NCBI GenBank assembly: GCA_050273025.1
Contig: CP158635.1
Location: 21,886,001-21,950,000, forward strand
Source: Cenococcum geophilum
Lineage: Eukaryota
DNA length: 64,000 bases
Direction: 5' to 3'
The position numbers and the translations under genes were made by a program. The first letter of the stretch is position 1, and each line of letters opens with the position of its first letter. This document shows, one piece after another, positions 56,701-64,000 of the stretch. Under the pieces are notes generated by a model. It did no database searches. It had not been told where the DNA came from and saw only the letters and a program-made list of their open reading frames with translations.

Positions 56701-59700
56701 TTATTTAACTATATTAAGGAAACTATCTATCTTAAGCTTCCTTATTGCGTATCTTTTTCTATTTAGTTACGCTTTAGTATCTAGGTCTAGCTATATCTAG
56801 ATAGGGATATAGTCTAGGGTAAGTGCCTATTCTTCTTTGGGGTTACACCTTTTAAGTCTCTAGTATAGGCCTTTGTCTATAAATATAAGGTTAATTATAC
56901 TTCTAATAGTGCCTTATTGCCATATAATTGCTTCTAGGGGGGTAGCTAGCTTAAGGCCCCAGATATCTATAGCTCTTAATAGGCACTCTAACTATTAGTC
57001 TGCAGTAATATAGATACCCCCCTACCGTAGGTAGTAGAGGTTTATATCTCCTAATAGGATAAACTCTATACCTTTAGTTTCTAGTAAGCTTATTACCGAT
57101 ATAATATTCTCTATTTATAGAACCCCTTTAACCCTAGGGTTATATATATTAATAATTTATACCAGTCCCCTATATGTTTAAATTATTATAACTATAATAT
57201 CTGGGTTAATTGCCTGCTATAACTATAAGGATAGGCTAATAGCCTTGCTAATTATAAAGTATATATATATAGCTGCTTTTGGTTTATATAGGAACTGGAA
57301 TCCTTAGGGGCAGTATATTAATTATATAAAGGTATTATAATACGGCTCTTATATAGCAAGGATATAGTATTTCTCTAGGTCTAGACTGTCTAGTAAAGGC
57401 CTTATAAGGCGGTGGTTTGTGTTACTATAGTTATACTATATAATAGATAGGTGGTGGACCCCTAGCAAGGGTCTTTTAACTCTCTTTTGTTCCTCACTTC
57501 TTTTATTTCTACTTTCTTTAAAATATTTAGAGCTTCTATCTCTTATATCTACACCCTAATTACTACTTATTTTATATAGAGCTTTCCATTTCTGTGTCTT
57601 ATATTCCTATTAGCGCTTCTATATCTAAATCTATTATTATTACCAGTTCTTCCCCTATTCTTACTAGTCGGCTATATACCCTTTATAGGTTGGCTGCGAA
57701 TATTATATTTGCCGTATTAAGTCTAATTTTTAATTATCCTAGTCTTAAGCCTGTTATCGCTATCTATAGGGGTCTTCCTACAGGGCGTCCTCTCCCTTAT
57801 ATCCCCTGTAACCCTTATGTCCCTAATTAGTCTAGTAATGTCGCGCGGCGTCGCTTCTGGCCCGTTAAGGCTTAGGATAGCTAGCCTAGCCCTTTAGTAT
57901 TAAAGGTAGGAAACGCTAGGAAGGCACCTATATCCCCCTAGCTTATTGCCTGTTGTTTCTATTTATATAACCTAGTATGCAGTTATTCCTATAGCTATTA
58001 AGCCCTTACCTTCCGTCTCCTATATTTAATATAGTCTTCTCTCTTCTATGCCTTATATGTGCTTTAGTAGCAGTTCGCGCATTTTATTTAGTCTTAATTT
58101 AAGTAATATCTCGTATCGTAGGGGCCTGCATAGTGGCCGTAGTACACCTATGCTGCGTATATAGATTAGGTGTATCCCTATTATATATAGCAATAGTATT
58201 ATTTTAGGCGTAGTCTGTAGTTATAGAGCCTTATATTATATATAAGGCCATTTATAATTATTCCTTTTTAGATAAGGAGTTTTTATATTCCTAATATATG
58301 TGTACTAACAATAAGGGAGCCGTGCGTTCGTCTAGCGTTTCTGTAACGTGGCCCGCCTCCACGTCGCCATACGGCCAAAAAGACTGAGAGTGCTTGCGAA
58401 CTTGTCGCAAGCGCGGCGGGACCTAATATATATACTCTTACAATTGCCCTCTCCTCTGCGCGCTCGTCCTCGAGCGCTCGCAGGGATTCCTCTGTGCGCC
58501 CGTTCGCGCCACAGGGATCAACGCCAAGAGTATCACTATATTAGTTAGTCCCCAGTAACGTAAGCGATCGGACTCAGCCGACCCGCCTTATCGCACGGAT
58601 GCGTGTTAGACTGTACCAGAGCGAAGTGATCGATGGGGATCGAACCCACGACACCTGGCCCCAGTAAGTTCGCAAGCACAATTGTAACGTGGCCCGCCTC
58701 CACGTCGCCATACGGCCAAAAAGACTGAGAGTGCTTGCGAACTTGTCGCAAGCGCGGCGGGACCTAATATATATACTCTTATAGTTTCCCTAGCAAGTCT
58801 CTAGTAACCCTTATATCCTCTTATTGTTCTTATTATATACTTAGTTTATATTTTCCTATTAAAGCTATTAGATTTAGGTGATTTCGAGTCCTAATATAAG
58901 GCGTTCCGTTTGTCTTACTATTTCCTATATAATTACTATATTATCTACCTAGCGTTCCTTTTTTACCCTAAGGCTTATAGGAACCGCTAGGACTTTAACT
59001 AGGTAATCCTTGCAGAGTACTTTTATACCAATACGTTCTTTTAGCCTATCCCCTACCCTTACAGCTCGTTCCTTTGCCTGTTAGTTCTTTAAAGTAACTC
59101 TAATATCTCCGCTCTTAAGGTATCGGACTATAATAGCGTTATAGACCTCTTTATATATCTCTATAAGGACTTCTATTTCTAATTATCCCCTAAGCCCCTC
59201 TGCTTGTTCTATATTTGGTTATATTATAATTATATACCCGGTTGTTAACTTAAGGGGGGTAAGTTCCCTATACTATAAAAGCGCAGCTATAGCGGCCTAA
59301 GTGCGGTTCGCCGGTAAGGGGGGGTTATACTTATTTTTAATTTTGCTTAGCCGTTAGAGGATTTAATTAAGGGTTTGCTAGAGGGGCGCCTAAGGTTTAC
59401 TAGACTAGCAAAGCCATTCTACTAGCTATATTAGTTCGTTATAGCTAACGGTTACTCCCCTATAATTCTGGATACTAGACGCGTCTAATAGGCTTTATAT
59501 TTTGTTAGATGCCTTCTTAATAGAGGTATTTCCGCTTTATAGTGTGGTATTCGCCTATCTTTATTATGGAGGGCCATTGCTAGGCGTAGTTCTAGCGGTC
59601 GCGCGCGAGTGCGAGCCACCGTCATTCGACGTGTGCCTCCCCTGCGATGCATGCATCTCAGGGGGATTCTCTAGGTGTTTTTCAGGGTTCTTTTGGTTGG

Positions 59701-59766
59701 TTTTGGTCTTTTTGGGCCGGGTGCAGCAAGAGCTCCAGTTTTTTCAATATACATATATAGAGGGAC
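53755..59766 (-). mobile_element. Full-length LINE (Tad1-like) with ORF1, endonuclease, RT and probable RNase H
   Basis: 15-bp TSD tttaaaaggatatta (53740-54, 59767-81); RT 'GIPQGSPL.PILF' ~55460-55492 and 'GF(V)DD' ~55385; APE motifs ~57300-57450; Cys/His knuckles ~58070-58250. Confidence 0.88.
58342..58783 (-). mobile_element. TRIM (miniature LTR element), 442 bp
   Basis: 101-bp LTRs 58342-58442 and 58683-58783 (one mismatch); 5-bp TSD GTTTC; PPT AGAGGAGAGGG (58447-57, minus strand); 240-bp non-coding interior. Confidence 0.93.
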
Positions 59767-62670
59767 TTTAAAAGGATATTATACAATATTATAGGAACGG
59801 ATAAAGCTTAGAATATTAAATATTAAAAGAATAGAGTGTATAAAGAGTTAGTATAAAATTAAAATTTTAAATAAAAGATAACCACTAAAGGCGTATAGGT
59901 CGCATATATAAATATATACTAACTTTAAACTTAATAGATTATAAGTTTAAATCCTACTAACGTCGTCCTTTATTAGGAATTGGGAAATACAATTATTTGG
60001 TATACTTCTCGTCCTACCATATAAGAGATTCTTCGGCAACATTACCATACTATAAGTAAATTCTCCTCTCTATACAATATACCTATATAACTAACTACTC
60101 TTAGGATAAGTAGGAGAGGGTAGAAGCTTTACTAGCGATTAATATAGAGGCTTAGGTAAGGGGGGTATTAAAGAAGCAGGTGTAGATGGGGAGGCCCTTA
60201 TATATAAATGCAATTCTAATTTAGAGCCGTGGATCTCTAAATATAATTATAAGTAACCTATATTACTTATATAAGGTAGAGAGCTAATTAACGCTAGCCC
60301 TATAAGGCCTATATAGCAACTCCGCGTTATCTAGTAGGCCCTTACCCCTTTACTAAGTGTTAGAGTCTCCTAGGGTTCTATAGTAGGTGCTGTAGAAATT
60401 ATAAGTAGCGGGATTATAGGTCTTGATATTTATCGTACAATAAAAATTCTTAGCCTATAGCGGCGGCAGCGGGAGCACTAAAGGGTAAGGATTGGATTAT
60501 AAAACTAGAGGATAACAAGGAATAGATAAAAGTTACTAAATTTAATCTCCTCTCTTTTTTACCACTTTATTTTATTTTATAGTATCTTATATATAGTATC
60601 TTATATAAAGAGAAGTATAAATAGAGAGTAGAAAGGAGATACCTAATTAATAGGGAAGCTAAGGACGTTAGTAGATTACTCGCTTATTTAGTAGCGGATT
60701 AAAAAAAATCGATTAATATAATATAATATGATATGATCTCGCGTATCGTATCGATAAGGATCGTTTAGATTTTCCACTACCCTACTTATGTCTTAATTAA
60801 CTAAGTCGCTAATATTATCTAAAGCTTACTCTACTCTTTCTTCCTAAGAAGGAACTTAAATATATCTATAAGACTATAAATAGGACAAGAATATAGAATA
60901 AGACCCTAAGGATATTACTAAAACCATAAGGACAAGACCTAAAAGAAAAGAATAGAACCCTAAGGAAAGGACCTATAAGATATACACAGACCAAAACCCC
61001 TAAAGAAATTACCTAGAATTAACTAATACCCCTACCACTATGCCATAAAATATAGTAGTAGGTAAAGTAGCTATAGGACCCTTAAATACTTTAGACAAGA
61101 AAATAATTAACATCTTAACCCCCTAGGCGGAGCTTACGGCAGCTAATACTAAAATTAAACAACTATAAGAGCTGCTTAAAGCTAGAGATACCCCTATATC
61201 TAATAATAAGTTATTATTAAATAACTAAAGACTTGCTATAGTCCTTTAGACCCTATTTTAGCGCCTTAGTAGATCTACTAAGGTCTATATAGTACTAAAG
61301 CGGTTAGTAAAGGTTACGGATTCCCTACTACTTATAGACGGAACCAACCCTATATTTAATAATTAGAAGCTTTAATTATAGGATAAGCTTAAAGTTAATA
61401 TAGACTACTTTCCTAACGCCTGAGCTAGAATAGCCTATATCTTTAGCTGTACTAGCGGAGACGCCTAGATATATTTACACCTGTAATATACTAAAGACTT
61501 TATAAACCCCTTTATCTCTAAAAAAGAAATAGTTAAATACTTATCTTCTATTTATAAAGACCCTTTTAAAGTATAAAACGCTTACCTTAGCTATAAAAGC
61601 CTAAATATAAAAACAACGGAGACCTTTTTAGCCTTTTAAACCCGCTTTCTATACCTAGTAGGATAGGCCTAGATCCCCTAGGAAGACCTACTACTAGACC
61701 TCTTTAATAAGCTTACCCTAGACTTATAGCGGGCCGTATTACTAGCTTATACTATAATATAAACGTTAAAGGAACTTATAGACTATTGCCTAGCTATTAA
61801 CTAAGGCCTCTATTATATTAAGGCACGCGCTAATTAGCTAAAAACTAGAAACCTTATAAACCAGGCCATAAGTACTATAAGAACGGCCTATAGTACCCCG
61901 GTATAATTAGTAACCCCTATAGCACCGGCTATTTAGCTAATAGTTAACCTAGCAGCTAGCCGCGTAGCTACCCCTATTGCGGGCCTGGTATACACCTGGC
62001 CTATATATAGCGACCCCTATATATAGGCCCTTAGCGATTAAAGAGCTTACTTCTTATATAGTTAACTAGGCTACCCTATAAGAAACTACCTAATAAAGGT
62101 AAAGATAAATAAGGTCCTATTAATTTAGGAGGATAGTATAGAGTTGGAAAAAGAGGAACCCTAAAGGAAGACTCCTCTCTAGGGTTAAAAGGGATTAATA
62201 TATTATATATTAATCTAGGTTAGCTAATTAGTAAAAGAAGCTACACTATCCCTTATACTTTATTCCGTAATAGATATTAAGTTTTAACCTTTACTTTAGC
62301 TAACTTAGAAGCAAATACCTTTACCTTAATTAATATAAAGTGCGCGGCAAAACTGGCTAACTTTTTAAATGCACCCTTTAAAGAACTGCCTAAACTAATC
62401 CCTATTTACGGGTATAACGGATAGATAGGGCTACCTATTATAACTATCTTATAAATCTACCTTCGCGTTAATTAACGAAGATAGTATAATATCCCCTTCC
62501 TTATTACGGACCTTAGAAGCTATAATATAATCTTAGGAAGAAAATAGCTAGCCTATTTAGGCTTATAGCTTAATATATAAAACAGGCAGCTTATTTAGCC
62601 TAAAATTATACCCCTAACGCCTTCCTTTATAAAAGAAATTAGTATTATAATAGAAAACCTTATACGGCTA

Positions 62671-63399
62671 CAGTTAGGTGTCATAAGTGTCCGTGCTAAG
62701 CGAATTTTCAAGATAACCCACCCTATTAAATTATATATAACAACCATATAATTAATTTTAAAGCTTTAAAAAATAGCTGAAGTTTATATTATATATTAAA
62801 TCTAGCTATTACAGCTTTTTTTTCGGTTTAAAACCTATAACTCTTTTAGAAATCCTATTAGTTCCCTAATAAGATCTATAATATTTAATGTATATTTTCT
62901 ACTACTAGATATTTATATTTATTGTAACTTAGTATATTTAGAATATTATTTTAAAAGTATAAAAGTTTATTATAATGTTATAAAGTTGAAAATTTTTAAT
63001 TTATATGGGGAATTTCATTTTTTTCTACTTTTTCGACTTTATAACCCTACAATAATTTTATATATATTTTAAACAAAAATTTAAATATAGAGAGTCTTAG
63101 TAAAAGCAAATCTCTATAAAATATTAGAATTTTAAGGAATATTTTTAATCCCTAGTAGTAAAAAATATATGCTAAATATAGTAAGTTTAGTAAAAAATCG
63201 GTAAAACATCGAGACTTTTAATAAAGGACTGTAAAATATAAGACTTTAAAAAAAGGTATAATAGCTAGATTTTATATAGTAATAGGCCTTATAACTATTT
63301 TAAAGCTCTAGAATTAATTTTGTGGTTGCTATATAGTAATTTGGCAAAAAATATCACATTTGATGTGGTCTGGGCACGGACACTTATAACACCCCACTG
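62671..63399. mobile_element. Tc1/mariner-type MITE (729 bp) inserted in Gypsy pol
   Basis: TIRs cagt.[ag]ggtgt.ataagtgtccgtgc; TA TSD (62669-70, 63400-01); AT-rich non-coding interior. Confidence 0.85.
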
Positions 63400-64000
63400 T
63401 ATAGATAAATACTATTTACTAGGCTAATATAACACGTAGGGACTAGGCTTTTAAGAAGGATATATAGCTTAATCTATAACGGATCCGTATACTACGCCGC
63501 CCCTAGACTACCTTTATTATACTACCCGCACTAGAGACTTAGGAAGTTAATAGTAGCCTAGCTAAGTCCCTAATAGAGAACTTAGGCCCTATATAGCCAC
63601 AAAGAAAGGCTAGGGATATTAGACGATATACCAAACTAATATATTAAAAGGATAACTTACGGAAGATAAAATATAAGCTAAGGAAGACTATAAACCCTAT
63701 ACCGCAAAATACGGCCTAAATATCCGTAAAGAAACCCACAGACCTCCCACTAATTAATATCTACTGCATTAGCGCTATAGGATTCTACCAGAACCTAGTT
63801 TAGCCTAATACTATTACCTTTATAACTAGCTTATACAAAATTAATTAAATAATTAAAGAGGAAAAAGCCCTAGCCTAAGAAAAAGGTAAACTTATAGATA
63901 AGGAGCTAGTAGAACAGAAACTGCCCTATTAATACTAGAAATTTAAAGATACCTTTTCTAAAGTAGCGTCTAATATACTTCCGCCTTACCGACCGTATAA

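Larger units (their letters stand above)
41243..60784 (+). mobile_element. hAT transposon hosting MULE, PIF, Copia, LINE and TRIM insertions
   Basis: TIRs cagggttgcggaaaatcc / gattttccactaccct(a); 8-bp TSD ctcatgtc (41235-42) / cttatgtc (60785-92); transposase relic 51751-53754 plus 59782-59870 with 'SDEPERVF'. Confidence 0.88.
41061..64000 (+). mobile_element. Second Gypsy element (5' LTR, gag, protease, start of pol), its 5' LTR split by a 19.5-kb nested block
   Basis: LTR 41061-41242 plus 60793-60814 (TGTTA...TAA[C>T]A); PBS at 60817; zinc knuckle ~62045-62090; gag ends GKEEP* ~62164; protease 'LADSGAN' ~62300; 'F.D.FSK..S..LPP.RPY' at the window end. Confidence 0.8.

Noticed and set aside
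58600..58700. Bona fide tRNA gene
   Set aside because: Only a T-arm is recognisable; I could not build a D-arm, anticodon arm or acceptor stem.
35914..59771. Short I/L/Y-rich ORFs in AT-rich DNA (e.g. 35914, 44345, 54235, 57594, 59502) as small membrane or effector proteins
   Set aside because: They lie inside RIPed TEs and their composition is a RIP artefact; 37100-37342 is simply an Ngaro RT fragment.

Overview
Filamentous ascomycete (Pezizomycotina, probably Dothideomycete-like) genomic DNA. A compact island of intron-containing genes (~8.2-25.5 kb) is flanked by AT-rich transposon DNA eroded by RIP (CpA>TpA / TpG>TpA, many TAA/TAG stops). The island encodes an F-box-like-motif hypothetical protein, a DAO-family FAD oxidoreductase, a Swt21/TCAB1-like WD40 protein, the mitochondrial SAM carrier PET8, a WDR48/Bun107-like WD40 protein, CEF1/CDC5 and a small gene with an in-frame stop. 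Most of the repeat DNA can be parsed by TSDs and terminal repeats. It holds two copies of one chromoviral Gypsy family, a second Gypsy, an Ngaro (tyrosine-recombinase) retroelement, three hATs, a Tc1 (DD34E), a PIF/Harbinger, a non-autonomous MULE, a Copia, a LINE, a Tc1/mariner MITE and a RIP-destroyed bacterial-type PKS fragment. Highlights: a 442-bp, almost RIP-free TRIM with a Tf1-type self-priming site and a tRNA T-arm/B-box; a 1.1-kb non-coding element with Ngaro split direct repeats; a spliced antisense Zn2Cys6-like gene inside a Gypsy family; and a second convergent gene inside the Tc1. Protein calls in repeats come from manual back-mutation of RIP changes, not from database searches.
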